A stretch of 64,000 nucleotides of DNA from Euryarchaeota archaeon SM23-78 (GCA_001595785.1 LSSJ01000002.1:22224-86223), one strand, 5' to 3'; counted from the first letter of the stretch, positions 1-10,899 are shown. The notes: generated by a model not told the origin, from the sequence alone. Made by a program: numbers and translations.

Positions 1-268
1 AAGAAAACAAGAGGTAAAATCTGAAGCTTCAGGAAAAGCAGATGGGGTGGCTCAAGATAAGCAAGTAAAAAAAGAAAAAACAGGTCTAAGGGATGTGTTA
101 AAAAGAAGAAGGATAATAACTAAAAGGCTTAGTGATGAAGAGGAAGCTGAACCTAAAGAAGAAAAAAAGGATGATAAAAAAGAAGTACAACAGAAATCAA
201 AGATTTCTGAGGGTTCCTACGGAACCAAACAAGAAAAAAAGCAAGAACCCAAGGAAACAAAAGAATAA
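1..268 (+). CDS. 3' end of a Lys/Glu-rich low-complexity protein (5'-truncated by window edge)
   Basis: Frame 2 is open from position 2 (RKQEVKSEASGKADGVAQDK...) to TAA at 268. Charged, disorder-like composition. Confidence 0.6.
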   Translation, partial: RKQEVKSEASGKADGVAQDKQVKKEKTGLRDVLKRRRIITKRLSDEEEAEPKEEKKDDKKEVQQKSKISEGSYGTKQEKKQEPKETKE

Positions 269-302
269 GAAAATAACACTAAAAATTCAAAAAGGGCTGA
301 AA

Positions 303-632
303 ATGCATGAAACAAAAATAATAAAAGATATTCTTAAGCAAATAGTAAAGAAAGCCAAGGACAAAGATGTTAAATCAGCTACCATAGAGGTTGGACAACT
401 AGCTCCTATATCAGCTAAAAGATTAGGCGCCTTAATGAAGAGAATAGTTAATTTTAAGGTTATTATCAAACCTGTCAAAGCAAGGGTTAAGTGCAGGTGT
501 GGGTATAAAGGAGCACCAAAAATAATGTTTCGAGAACATGATTTCACTTTGTTTGAATGCCCGAGGTGTAAGAAAATACCAAGAGTACTACATGGCAAGA
601 ACATTTCTCTTAAAAAGATCAATGTCCATTAA
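303..632 (+). CDS. hypA: Hydrogenase maturation nickel metallochaperone HypA
   Basis: Starts MHE (ATG 303, inside the longer listed ORF). Has EVGQL, CRC...CPRC Zn ligands and a G-K-N-I-x-L-K-K-I C-terminus typical of HypA/HybF. Confidence 0.85.
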   Translation: MHETKIIKDILKQIVKKAKDKDVKSATIEVGQLAPISAKRLGALMKRIVNFKVIIKPVKARVKCRCGYKGAPKIMFREHDFTLFECPRCKKIPRVLHGKNISLKKINVH

Positions 633-654
633 AAACAATCAAACACACCACCAC

Positions 655-751
655 ATTATATTCTAAAAGATATAATATAAACATAAATCGAAAAATTTAT
701 AAATAATCTCTTCTAAAAAGATTATATTATTATATCTAAAAAGATATAATA
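655..751 (+). promoter_or_regulatory. BRE-TATA promoter (CGAAAAATTTATAAA, 689-703) flanked by three TCTAAAA(A)GAT operator-like sites
   Basis: Repeats at ~662, ~712 and ~735. The third is a perfect inverted repeat TATTATATCT-AAAA-AGATATAATA (728-751), upstream of the wHTH gene at 787. Confidence 0.6.
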
Positions 752-786
752 GATATTATAAGTAGTGAGGGTTAAGGGTTTTTATA

Positions 787-1380
787 GTGATTGGCAACGA
801 ATTAGAGCAAGAAATAATTAGCCTGTACTCCAAAGATATTAGTTCTCTCTACAGCATAAACCAGATAGCTCATAAGCTAGGAAAAAAATATCCATATATC
901 AATAAAAAAGTGACCTTACTAATAAAACACAATATTTTCAAAAAAACAATAATCGGAAGATCCTATTTGTGCTCACTAAATCTTGAGAATGATGAAACCA
1001 TCTATTTACTTATACTTAATGAGATAAGGAAAAAAAAGACTGAGCTCGAATTAAATCCGCAGCTACCAAATATACTGGAATATATCAATAAAGCAAGAAG
1101 AATATTAAACCTCCAAGTAGTGTTAAAAAGCAAAGAAAGAATCCTATTTGTACTTGAAAGCAAAGGTGACCAAGAACAGTTTGAAAAAGCCATAGTAAAA
1201 GATGTGATGAGAGGATACAAAACAGAGATATACATTAAAGAAGACTTTCTAAAAGAACTCTTGAAAAACAAGGAACTACAAGAAAAACACATCATTCTGT
1301 ATGGTTATGAAAGATATTATGATTATATCAGAGAGATAGAGGACGAACTAAAACTAAGGTATTCAAAGCTAGTACCATGA
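787..1380 (+). CDS. wHTH regulator with degenerate MNT (nucleotidyltransferase)-like C-terminal domain
   Basis: Paralogous to 31078-31701 (CSLNL.N..T...LILN, HIILYG.E) but lacks the GS-x-A...SD-x-D catalytic motif. Stop overlaps the next start (ATGA). Confidence 0.7.
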   Translation: MIGNELEQEIISLYSKDISSLYSINQIAHKLGKKYPYINKKVTLLIKHNIFKKTIIGRSYLCSLNLENDETIYLLILNEIRKKKTELELNPQLPNILEYINKARRILNLQVVLKSKERILFVLESKGDQEQFEKAIVKDVMRGYKTEIYIKEDFLKELLKNKELQEKHIILYGYERYYDYIREIEDELKLRYSKLVP

Positions 1381-4300
1381 AACCTGACTCCAACAACAAA
1401 ATAAAGAGAAGCATGGTTTTGTTAGTAGTATTAGTGCTAGTTCTAACAGGTCTAACCTTAGCCCTTAGTCAAAACCAAACACCCCCCAAACTCCTCTATC
1501 TCTCAATTGAAAAATCAGCCTATGAAATAGGAGAAAAAGTAACCCTGATAATAACAGCGGACCCTCTTGATGCATATGAACTCAGTATTAACTCAGAAAA
1601 TAACCTATACAAATACAGCGGAGAACTACAAAATAATATAGACTTTTACCCCAAAGAACCAGGAGAGCACACTGTTGAACTAATCAGCAAAGCAAGTCAA
1701 GAGATAGCAGACTCTCTAAGCTTCATGGTTGCACAAACAAAAGAAACCAGTAAACCCAGCACGTCCAACATTATCATAACAGACAAACAAGAATATGTAA
1801 AAGGAGAAACTGTAACAGTAGTTGTCAATGTCCCTGACTCTGAAAACTATAAGCTCTACTATGAGTACAAAGAATTTATTCATAGATACATGGAAGACAT
1901 TACCCACATCAAGTTTGTGCCAATAGATCTAGGAACCCATTATCTTGTTCTAAAAGACAAGAATAACAATGAAATCGAGAGATATGAGTTTAAGGTTATT
2001 GGAGAAGAAGATATAGAGCAAACTAAAAACTTAAAGGAAAAAGTAAAAGATATAATAGAAGAACTAGGTACAATAGAAGAATTAAGGGAAATAGAAGAAC
2101 TAAAAGAAACAAATAAATCTGTAAGCATAAAGGATAGCACAGGAAGAATCAAAGATGCAATCCTGTCCTTCTTTGATAAACCCAACATGCAAGTTACAAC
2201 CGTCAGCACATTAACCACTTTTGACATCCCACGATTTGTAGAAAGCGTAGAGATTTCTCCCACAGATAATACTATTGAAAAGATAGAGATAAAAGGACTA
2301 AGAGGTGGGAATATAAATCTTGGCCTAGAAAAAGTACATCCACTAAAAAACTCAATTCGTGGAAAAATACCCGTAAAATCGTATGCAATTGACCCTACAG
2401 GCATGAACTTCACCAATGCCACAGTAACCCAGACAGCAACAGGAACAGAGCTCTGGAAATGCAAGGAGTATAATTTTGAAACCCAGACTTGTTATGGAAC
2501 ATGGGAAAAAGTAATGACCATAATCCCAGGACAGAACTATACGTTCATACTAACACCAGAAGACCCCTTATTCACAGAGACCAGGACAGATGTTACATGC
2601 AGTTGTCAAGACACAGATACAAACCCCCCAAGAGAAATGGGAAGAGCCTCATGTAATGTTTCTTGTCCAGTAACAATTGATGTGCCTGCTGGTGCACAAA
2701 CAGGATATTTGATTAACATGAGCTATGGAGTAAGCATAAGTATCACTGGAGGGGGTGTGAATGATGTTACAAGTGCTAGCCATAGAGGTAGATTTGACAG
2801 AGACCAGACCTATGGAAATGGAAATGAAGCTACTGTAGGCTCTTCAACATCGCAAGGTTCGATTACAACAACTTGGATTAATAATTCCTTACACACATCA
2901 GGAAGCGCTTCTTTTACTGAATTAACTTGTGATAACTGGGCTGATAACTGTACCTGGTATGTCTATTTAAGCAGCACAGTAGCTTTTGACCCTCCTGGAG
3001 CATCACAGAAAACTCTAACCACAAATATAAGCTTAATAAACATGAGTTATACATGGAATTATACAGAACCAGGAAATCTATCAATCACTCTTAACTGGCC
3101 TGACGGGGATTACATAAATTATAATAACATTACATTCAACTATACCCCTGTAAGCACGGTCAATCTTACCAATTGTACTTTGTATACTAACAGAACAGGG
3201 AGCTTTATAAATGAGAGCACAGATAGCTCTCCAGATAACAATCAATCAAACTACTTTAATCTTAGCTTTGGAAGCGATGGCAATTACAAGTGGAATGTGC
3301 TTTGTTATGATAGCGATAACAACTCTGTGTGGGCACCAAATAATTATACATTTACAATAGACACAGCAGATCCAACTGTTAATCTTGAAAAACCAGAAGA
3401 CGGCAATTATACTGATAAGAGTATTGTAACTTTCTACTACAATGTCTCTGATACAAACAACATAAAAAACTGTTCATTAATAATAGATGGAGCAATAGAC
3501 CAGACAGATACTAGTGTAACAAGAGATACAAGCCAGAACTTTGCAGCTTCACTTGATAACGGGGAGCACGCATGGGCAGTGTGGTGTTATGATTTAGCAA
3601 ACAATCTTGGGAAATCAGAGAACAGAACCATAAATGTTAGTGCTCCAAGAATGATATGGAAAGATAGGTGGTATGAGACAGGAACTGCTAATTATTCAGG
3701 AACAACAGCAGATATATCCCTTGCAAATCAAACAGATGGAGTCCAGAACCAAGCTTATTATAGTATTCCTGGTTCATCAACAATAACTCTTGTAAGTGCT
3801 TTCTCACCATATATAGGTGGAGACGGAGCATATATTGGCAGTGGCTCAACAGTCACGTTCAGAGCAGCTTTTGCAGCAGCTCAAAATAATGGTTATGTAA
3901 CCTGGTATCTTTATTCACAACATGCTAATGGTTCTCAAACTCAGATATGTAGTTTTGGAGACAACTCTTCAGGCGGTTCCCAAGTAGCTGTTATCACAGA
4001 AGAAACCTGCATTACCTCTTCTGACCATAAATTACTAGGGACAGACAGGCTAGAACTTAAAATCTATGTTTATAATTCACATCCAACTCAGAACAGAGCT
4101 GTAACACATCTTTTTGACCATGTTAACTCATATGTTAATATTGAAAACTTTATTAGCCTAGGACATCTAGAAGCAAACTTGATTGCTCCTGGTGTGGACC
4201 TCAATATAAGCCAGAACCAGACTTATAATCATACTTGTAACATCACCTGCGTCGGAGGAACTTGCCTGAATGTAAGTGTGTGGGCTCAGTACAACTCAAC

Positions 4301-5129
4301 CAGTCCGTCCAGCATATCCTGGACCAACATAAGCTCAACAGGCAACCTTGTGCTTAATGGTAGTGAAACTAATCCTCATAACATAGGAAATATTAACCAG
4401 ACAAGCACCAATACAACCTTTATTATTAAAGGAGACCAACCCTCAACAAATTATGTAAGGTGCTATGCAGAGTCAAAGTACTCAAGTGCTAGCAGCACTG
4501 ATTATAAGAAGATAATGGTAATAGATACAGAGCCACCGGAAATAAATATTTTAACTCCCTCAGACAACAACTATACTAAGAACAGCACCATAATATTCTA
4601 CTTCAATGTATCTGACCCCTCGGACATAAAGAACTGTCAGTTCATCCTTAACGGAACAGTAAATGATACCAAGAATTCAAGCGAAATAACTAATAATGCT
4701 GTCAACAACTTCACCATAAGTGGCTTTACCACAGGGATTTATAACTGGACTGTTAACTGTACAGATGTGTGGAACAACACAGGAAGAGCCACACCTCAAA
4801 GAACTTTGTACGTAGACCAAGCCTATCCCTGGATTAATCTTAACTATCCAGGGCAATGGGATGTGGTTGCTTATGAGACTGTTAACTTTAACTGGACAGC
4901 AAATGATAATTATAATAATATTAACCTAACATGTGATTTATATGTAAATGGTGCTCTTAATCAGTCCGGAATCCAATCTCCAGAAGGAGTCCCAACTAAC
5001 TGGACAGTCACTAATTTCCCTATTGGAAATCATACCTGGTATGTGAACTGCTCTGACCAAGCAGGCAACTGGAACTGGAGCGTGACCAGAAACTTCACTA
5101 TAGTTGATACCTCGCAACAATCAGATTAA
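1377..5129 (+). CDS. Giant secreted glycoprotein 1, N-terminal part (signal peptide, shared N-module, Ig-like repeats)
   Basis: Signal peptide. KxxYxxGExV domains, LWKCKEYNF...C.GTW...PGQNY...DP motif, and repeated ~95-aa NC.L...G.(Y/H).W.V.C.D Ig-like units. Very many N-x-S/T sequons. Confidence 0.85.
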   Translation: MKPDSNNKIKRSMVLLVVLVLVLTGLTLALSQNQTPPKLLYLSIEKSAYEIGEKVTLIITADPLDAYELSINSENNLYKYSGELQNNIDFYPKEPGEHTVELISKASQEIADSLSFMVAQTKETSKPSTSNIIITDKQEYVKGETVTVVVNVPDSENYKLYYEYKEFIHRYMEDITHIKFVPIDLGTHYLVLKDKNNNEIERYEFKVIGEEDIEQTKNLKEKVKDIIEELGTIEELREIEELKETNKSVSIKDSTGRIKDAILSFFDKPNMQVTTVSTLTTFDIPRFVESVEISPTDNTIEKIEIKGLRGGNINLGLEKVHPLKNSIRGKIPVKSYAIDPTGMNFTNATVTQTATGTELWKCKEYNFETQTCYGTWEKVMTIIPGQNYTFILTPEDPLFTETRTDVTCSCQDTDTNPPREMGRASCNVSCPVTIDVPAGAQTGYLINMSYGVSISITGGGVNDVTSASHRGRFDRDQTYGNGNEATVGSSTSQGSITTTWINNSLHTSGSASFTELTCDNWADNCTWYVYLSSTVAFDPPGASQKTLTTNISLINMSYTWNYTEPGNLSITLNWPDGDYINYNNITFNYTPVSTVNLTNCTLYTNRTGSFINESTDSSPDNNQSNYFNLSFGSDGNYKWNVLCYDSDNNSVWAPNNYTFTIDTADPTVNLEKPEDGNYTDKSIVTFYYNVSDTNNIKNCSLIIDGAIDQTDTSVTRDTSQNFAASLDNGEHAWAVWCYDLANNLGKSENRTINVSAPRMIWKDRWYETGTANYSGTTADISLANQTDGVQNQAYYSIPGSSTITLVSAFSPYIGGDGAYIGSGSTVTFRAAFAAAQNNGYVTWYLYSQHANGSQTQICSFGDNSSGGSQVAVITEETCITSSDHKLLGTDRLELKIYVYNSHPTQNRAVTHLFDHVNSYVNIENFISLGHLEANLIAPGVDLNISQNQTYNHTCNITCVGGTCLNVSVWAQYNSTSPSSISWTNISSTGNLVLNGSETNPHNIGNINQTSTNTTFIIKGDQPSTNYVRCYAESKYSSASSTDYKKIMVIDTEPPEINILTPSDNNYTKNSTIIFYFNVSDPSDIKNCQFILNGTVNDTKNSSEITNNAVNNFTISGFTTGIYNWTVNCTDVWNNTGRATPQRTLYVDQAYPWINLNYPGQWDVVAYETVNFNWTANDNYNNINLTCDLYVNGALNQSGIQSPEGVPTNWTVTNFPIGNHTWYVNCSDQAGNWNWSVTRNFTIVDTSQQSD

Positions 5130-8100
5130 CAATTTCACTGTGAGCAACCTTGCAGAAGGCCTGCATAACTGGACAGTGTCTTGCCTAGATACAGGTAATC
5201 TTAGTGACATGGCAGCCTGGAGAAACTTCACAGTAGATCTAACAAACCCAAAAACTTTCCTAAACTATCCAAATCCTGACCAGACCTTGACAAGCGGTGA
5301 TGTGCAGTTTAATTATACATCCACAGATAACATGGCCCTAACCCTGAGCTGCGAGTTATTTATTGACAGTAATTCTGAGAGTAATGACACAGCAAACAAT
5401 GCAACACCAGAGCTGGTAAACATAAATAACATAGCAGATGGGCTACACGATTGGAATGTTACTTGTACTGACTATGCCGGACGCATAAATAATAGTGAAA
5501 TAAGAAATTTTACTATTAATGAAACTCCAATAGTAAACCTAGGAGTACCAGGTCCCTGGAGTATTAACAATGAAAACATTACTTTCACCTACACTCCAAG
5601 TGATAATGACGGATTTATTAACTGTACTATCTATCTTGATGGCAGTCCAAACGCGACCAACACCTCGATTAATAATGGAGTGCTTAATAATTTCACAATA
5701 AAGAACATTCCAGAAGGAAACCACACCTGGTACATAGGCTGCTATGATAATGGAACATATAATAATTATCAAATTTCAACAATAAGAAACTTCACAGTTG
5801 ACACCACAAACCCAACCCTAGTGCTTAACTCTCCAGACCCTGATGAACTGATACCCAGCGCTCAGGTTGACTTTAACTGGACAGCAAATGATACCCTTGA
5901 CAACCAACTAGACTGCGACTTATACATACAAGAAAGTTATAATCAGACAGTGCTATCAGATGCAGGCAACTATACAATTGTAAGTCTGAATTTCACCAAT
6001 GGCAGGTATAACTGGAGTGTTATCTGCTATGATGATGCAAACAACTATAATGCAAGCGCAACCAGATGGTTCAATGTAAGTGTCCCCCCAAGTGTTAACC
6101 TAACCTATCCTGACCCTAATGAACACTTTAACTATGATGACCTATTATTTGAGTACATACCCAGTGCAAATACCAACATAACCAATTGTACCTTATTCAT
6201 AGATGGAGTGGAGAATGCAACCAACTCAAGTATCACCCTTGACACTTATAATTATATCTGGGTGAACTTCACATCCAGCTGGGAAGGAAAGCATAACTGG
6301 ACAGTCAGATGCATAGATGCTGACGACTTAGAAGGATGGGGAACCACACGTGACTTCTATCTAGACTTTACAGAGCCAAACATACAGCTTAACGACCCAG
6401 GTGATAACACTACAGTAACAAGAAACAGGGTTGTATTTAACTTTACAGCAACAGACAGCTTTTCAAATTATACAATATGTAATGTGACTGTTAGTGGTGT
6501 GCCTGAAGGAACCAACCTTAATGCAACAAATAGCACTCCAAGACTCTTTAACAAAACCTTTCCAGACGGAAACTACTCATGGTATGTCACCTGCTATGAT
6601 ATTGCAGGGAACTACAATGTTAGTGAGACATGGAACTTCACAATAATAGCGCCGCCAAACGTAACCCTGATAAAACCAGCAACTGGCAACTTCACTAATG
6701 AGACCATTGTAACTCTTACTTACTGGCCTCAGGATGATTATGTAATACCCAACTGTTCCCTGCATCTGAACGGAAGCTATTATACAAATGATGACAGTAT
6801 AAACACTAATCAAAACAATTCATTTGTCCTTAATGGCCTAGCAGAGGGATACTATAACTGGACTGTTTACTGTAGAGACCAAGATAATAATGTTTATGCA
6901 CCTCCTGAATGGAACTTCACAATAGATAGAACACCGCCCGGTCTTACCTTACTCTTACCAGTTCCCGGAGCCCTGCTCACCACAGAGGATGTAGTATTTA
7001 ATTTCTCAGTAACAGACAACCTTGACCTTGATATATACTGCAACTTAACTCTTAATGGAAGTGTTAATGAGAGCAACATCCCGCTAAGCAATAACTCTTA
7101 CTACAACACCACTATTAATAATCTGAAAGACGGGTTTTATCTCTGGAATGTAACTTGCTGGGACACTGCAGAGAACAAGAACTATTCAGAGACCAGGAAC
7201 TTTACTGTAGAGTCACCTCCAACAATAGCGCTTGGAAATCCTCCTCAGAATTACAGAACCGATAATACAAGTATTAACTTTTACTTTACTCCCACAGACA
7301 ATTCAGGAAACATCAGCAACTGTACCTTGATTCTTAATGGACAGGCTAACGAGACTCTGGATAATGTGACAGAAGGAGCACAGAACAACATAACAGTGCA
7401 TAATCTGAATGATGGCACATATAACTGGACTGTTAATTGTACAGACCCAAATGGAAATATAGGTACGAATACCAGTGTTAAAACCTTTTATGTAGATTTA
7501 ACAGGACCTAACATCACTTTGTACTTCCCAGAGCCAGAACAAATCTTTGGTTATGATGATATAACCTTTAACTGGACAGCAACAGACTTTAACAACACCA
7601 ACATAACATGTAATCTAACCCTTGACACTAATGGAACAGTAGCCACTGTTACTAATCTAAGTGGTTCAAAGTTTATTACAACAATAAACGGGCTTCCTTG
7701 GGGGGACCATTACTGGAATGTAACTTGTTTTGATGATCTGTGGAATAACCAGAGCAGTGAAACCAGAAACTTTACTATTACAAGGCCTGATCTTACCATC
7801 AATACTGGTAATATCACCTTTAACAACACAAATCCTGATGAAAATGATACTATACTAATAAATGCTACAATTTATAATCTTGGCGGAGCAGATGCAAATG
7901 ATACTTTAATACAATTTTGGGATGGAGAGCCAGGCAGTGGAGGAGTATGGATAGCTAATAGAACAAGAGATATCCCCGGCAACACTAGCAGATGGGTTAA
8001 TGCAACCTGGAACATAAGCTTAGGCTTGCACACAATCTGGATTGTTATAGACCCAAATGATGTTCTTGATGAGTTAAATGAGAGTAATAATAATGCTACC

Positions 8101-10719
8101 AGAAACATCAGTATTCTAAGAGTATTCTTTAATTCTCCTCCAAACCAAACAATGACCAATGATACAACGCCAGAGATTAACTTTACAATGCAAGACTTTA
8201 CAGGAGGAACCATAAATTATACCATCTATGTTGATGGAATCCCTAATGGTCAAACAGGAAGCTCAACAGATAATGTGAGCGTAGCCATAAACCTAAGCGT
8301 GCTCAGTGATGGTTATCATAACATTACTGTTCAAGCCACAGATGAGCTTGGTAGAGATAAGAACTCAAGCATCCTTGTGCTCATAATTGATTCTCTGGCG
8401 CCTGTGGTTAACTTTGAAACCCAGAACCTAACCTGGTTTAACACCAGCAACCCAAATATATATTTCAATATAACAGACCAGGTAGATAGTAATATCAACT
8501 ACTCATTATATGTAAATGGAACCTTTCAGAAAGCCAGTAACATATCAAATGCGACCACAACCAATGAAACCATAGGGCCTTTAGCTGACGCTAACTACAC
8601 CATAACCATACAAGCAACAGATAATGCAAATAACTCTCAGAATTACTCAATAATAATCTATGTTGATACAAAAGCACCAGTAATAAACCTAACCTATCCT
8701 GTGGATGGAGCTAACTTTACAACCAATAGTGTTTATCTTAACTTCACAGCAACAGACAACATGGATCCCTCCTTGACGTGTAATCTGACTCTTGATGGTC
8801 AGGTTAATAGAACCAGGTTTGAAGCTAATAATGGAGAAGAAACAGCAACCCTAGTAAATGGCTTGAGTGAAGGAACCCATTACTGGAATGTTACTTGCTG
8901 GGACAATGCAAGTAACAGGAATTATAGTGAAACAAGAAGCTTTAATATATTCAATGCTCCAATAGTAAACTTAACCTTTCCTCCTAATGGGAATGTAACC
9001 AACAACCCCAACCAAACCTTCTACTTCAACGTGAGCGATGAAACAGGCATCTTTAACTGCTCACTCATATTAAACGGAGCAATCAACACCACCAAACCAG
9101 GAAGCCAAATAATAAACAACAACATAAACAACTTCACAGTCAACAACCTTGATGGTTTCTATAACTGGAGCGTAAGGTGTTATGATAATACATCATTCAA
9201 AGTTCAAGGTGATTCTGAGACCTGGAATATAACCATAGATCTTTATCCTCCTTACCCAAACATAACAACTGCTAATTATTCATGGTTTAACACAACCAAT
9301 CCATCTATAGACTTCATAATAACAGATAACTTTGCAAATCCAATTAATTATACTTTCTATGTGAATGGAAGCGCAAATGCTAGTGGTACTATTGGTAATA
9401 ATACCCCAAGCAGTGCCAACCTCCAAGACTTAAATGACAATGCAAGCTTTAGAATAGTACTCCAGGCAACCGACGAAGTAGGTAACTCTGCTAATAGCAC
9501 AAGCATAATAATCTATGTTGATACTGAGAGACCAAGCATCAACCTAACAATTCCAATCCCTGGAGAGAGTTTCAACACAACAATTGTGCAGTTCAACTTC
9601 ACAGCAACAGATAACATGGCAAGCTACTTGATGTGTAACTTGACCATTAGTAATGGGATGTATGAGTACAACATCAATGCCACAAACAGTACAATGCAAA
9701 CTGTGAATAAGTCAGGGTTTGAGTCAGGACTCTACTATTGGAATGTGACTTGTATAGATCTTGCTGGCAACAGAAACACAAGCCCAACCTGGAACTTCAC
9801 AGTACTAGCGCCTGACCTTATAATAACAAGCGGAAATATATCCTTTAATGACACCTCGCCAGAAGAAGGCAAGAATATCACCATATTTGCAAATATATAC
9901 AACAACGGAGGAAGCCCTGCTTATAATGTAACTGTGCAGTTCTGGCAAGGAGACCCTGACCTGGGAGGAACCCAGATTAATGGTAACCAAACAATAAGCA
10001 CTCTTGTTAATGGAGAGAATTTCACTCTTAATATTACTTATAACACAAGCATAGGAGGCAATAATATCTTTGTAGTTGTTGACCCGCCCTTAGCAACCAA
10101 TGGAAGTATTATAGAGGAGAATGAGAGTAATAACAAGGCAAATAATTCTTTTAGTGTAAGCCTATATCATGTATATGCAGGAAATACCACAGAAGTAATA
10201 GATATGGAAAAGCAGAGTATAAATATATCCTTGTTTCAATGGAATGTTAGTAATGCAACTGGTAGCAATATATTTGTAACTGATATAGAGGCTAATCCTG
10301 ACTTTACAAATCTGCAGGCCATAAGCAGGGACACAGGCAACAACTCAGTAGGCAATGACTTTGAAGAGATAGACGCTGCTTTTGGCTCAACCAATTATTC
10401 TGATTCAATTAATTACACCTATACTTTGAATGGAAATCCAAGAGCAACCAAGAGTTACAAAGTATTTACCATGACCATAAACAATGTTCCAATAGTCAAT
10501 AGCACAACTACGCGTAGTTTCCAGACAGGCATACTTTGGGATAAAGGGGATGGAAATAATCAGTATAATGGAACCCAGGACTTGTTGTTTATAACAGAGA
10601 TTAACAAGAGCAAGCAAGGAAGCCAAGGAGTGTATGATTTTGAGATAAAAGTGCCTGCTCTGCTAAGGAATTATAATGCTCCAGGTTCAAGTGTGGTGTT
10701 TTACACTGAGATAAAATGA
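5104..10719 (+). CDS. Giant secreted glycoprotein 1, C-terminal part (Ig-like repeats, two CARDB-like domains, terminal family A-like domain); out of frame with the 5' part
   Basis: Starts mid-repeat with no signal peptide. Same repeat units as 1377-5129, CARDB-like PDL...IDP....E.NE.NN.A motifs, and a C-terminal domain ending V.FYTEIK. Confidence 0.85.
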   Translation: MIPRNNQINNFTVSNLAEGLHNWTVSCLDTGNLSDMAAWRNFTVDLTNPKTFLNYPNPDQTLTSGDVQFNYTSTDNMALTLSCELFIDSNSESNDTANNATPELVNINNIADGLHDWNVTCTDYAGRINNSEIRNFTINETPIVNLGVPGPWSINNENITFTYTPSDNDGFINCTIYLDGSPNATNTSINNGVLNNFTIKNIPEGNHTWYIGCYDNGTYNNYQISTIRNFTVDTTNPTLVLNSPDPDELIPSAQVDFNWTANDTLDNQLDCDLYIQESYNQTVLSDAGNYTIVSLNFTNGRYNWSVICYDDANNYNASATRWFNVSVPPSVNLTYPDPNEHFNYDDLLFEYIPSANTNITNCTLFIDGVENATNSSITLDTYNYIWVNFTSSWEGKHNWTVRCIDADDLEGWGTTRDFYLDFTEPNIQLNDPGDNTTVTRNRVVFNFTATDSFSNYTICNVTVSGVPEGTNLNATNSTPRLFNKTFPDGNYSWYVTCYDIAGNYNVSETWNFTIIAPPNVTLIKPATGNFTNETIVTLTYWPQDDYVIPNCSLHLNGSYYTNDDSINTNQNNSFVLNGLAEGYYNWTVYCRDQDNNVYAPPEWNFTIDRTPPGLTLLLPVPGALLTTEDVVFNFSVTDNLDLDIYCNLTLNGSVNESNIPLSNNSYYNTTINNLKDGFYLWNVTCWDTAENKNYSETRNFTVESPPTIALGNPPQNYRTDNTSINFYFTPTDNSGNISNCTLILNGQANETLDNVTEGAQNNITVHNLNDGTYNWTVNCTDPNGNIGTNTSVKTFYVDLTGPNITLYFPEPEQIFGYDDITFNWTATDFNNTNITCNLTLDTNGTVATVTNLSGSKFITTINGLPWGDHYWNVTCFDDLWNNQSSETRNFTITRPDLTINTGNITFNNTNPDENDTILINATIYNLGGADANDTLIQFWDGEPGSGGVWIANRTRDIPGNTSRWVNATWNISLGLHTIWIVIDPNDVLDELNESNNNATRNISILRVFFNSPPNQTMTNDTTPEINFTMQDFTGGTINYTIYVDGIPNGQTGSSTDNVSVAINLSVLSDGYHNITVQATDELGRDKNSSILVLIIDSLAPVVNFETQNLTWFNTSNPNIYFNITDQVDSNINYSLYVNGTFQKASNISNATTTNETIGPLADANYTITIQATDNANNSQNYSIIIYVDTKAPVINLTYPVDGANFTTNSVYLNFTATDNMDPSLTCNLTLDGQVNRTRFEANNGEETATLVNGLSEGTHYWNVTCWDNASNRNYSETRSFNIFNAPIVNLTFPPNGNVTNNPNQTFYFNVSDETGIFNCSLILNGAINTTKPGSQIINNNINNFTVNNLDGFYNWSVRCYDNTSFKVQGDSETWNITIDLYPPYPNITTANYSWFNTTNPSIDFIITDNFANPINYTFYVNGSANASGTIGNNTPSSANLQDLNDNASFRIVLQATDEVGNSANSTSIIIYVDTERPSINLTIPIPGESFNTTIVQFNFTATDNMASYLMCNLTISNGMYEYNINATNSTMQTVNKSGFESGLYYWNVTCIDLAGNRNTSPTWNFTVLAPDLIITSGNISFNDTSPEEGKNITIFANIYNNGGSPAYNVTVQFWQGDPDLGGTQINGNQTISTLVNGENFTLNITYNTSIGGNNIFVVVDPPLATNGSIIEENESNNKANNSFSVSLYHVYAGNTTEVIDMEKQSINISLFQWNVSNATGSNIFVTDIEANPDFTNLQAISRDTGNNSVGNDFEEIDAAFGSTNYSDSINYTYTLNGNPRATKSYKVFTMTINNVPIVNSTTTRSFQTGILWDKGDGNNQYNGTQDLLFITEINKSKQGSQGVYDFEIKVPALLRNYNAPGSSVVFYTEIK

Positions 10720-10899
10720 TGATTAAAAGAATAATAATTAAAATACCAGTTGTTAAGAATTATAAAAATAACAATAAACTCAAAAATGGAAATTATCCAG
10801 AAAGTTATGATTTTATCCTAAATTTAAACTGTTGATAATTTGATAACAATATTTAAATAGATAGAAATCAAGGAGATAAGATGAAAAGAGGTGTGAAAA

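Noticed and set aside
132-302. N-terminal extension of HypA given in the ORF track
   Set aside because: It overlaps the upstream gene in another frame, and HypA conventionally begins at MHE (303).
5095-5135. Programmed ribosomal frameshift joining the two halves of giant 1
   Set aside because: No slippery heptamer, and about half a repeat is missing at the junction, which fits a deletion better.
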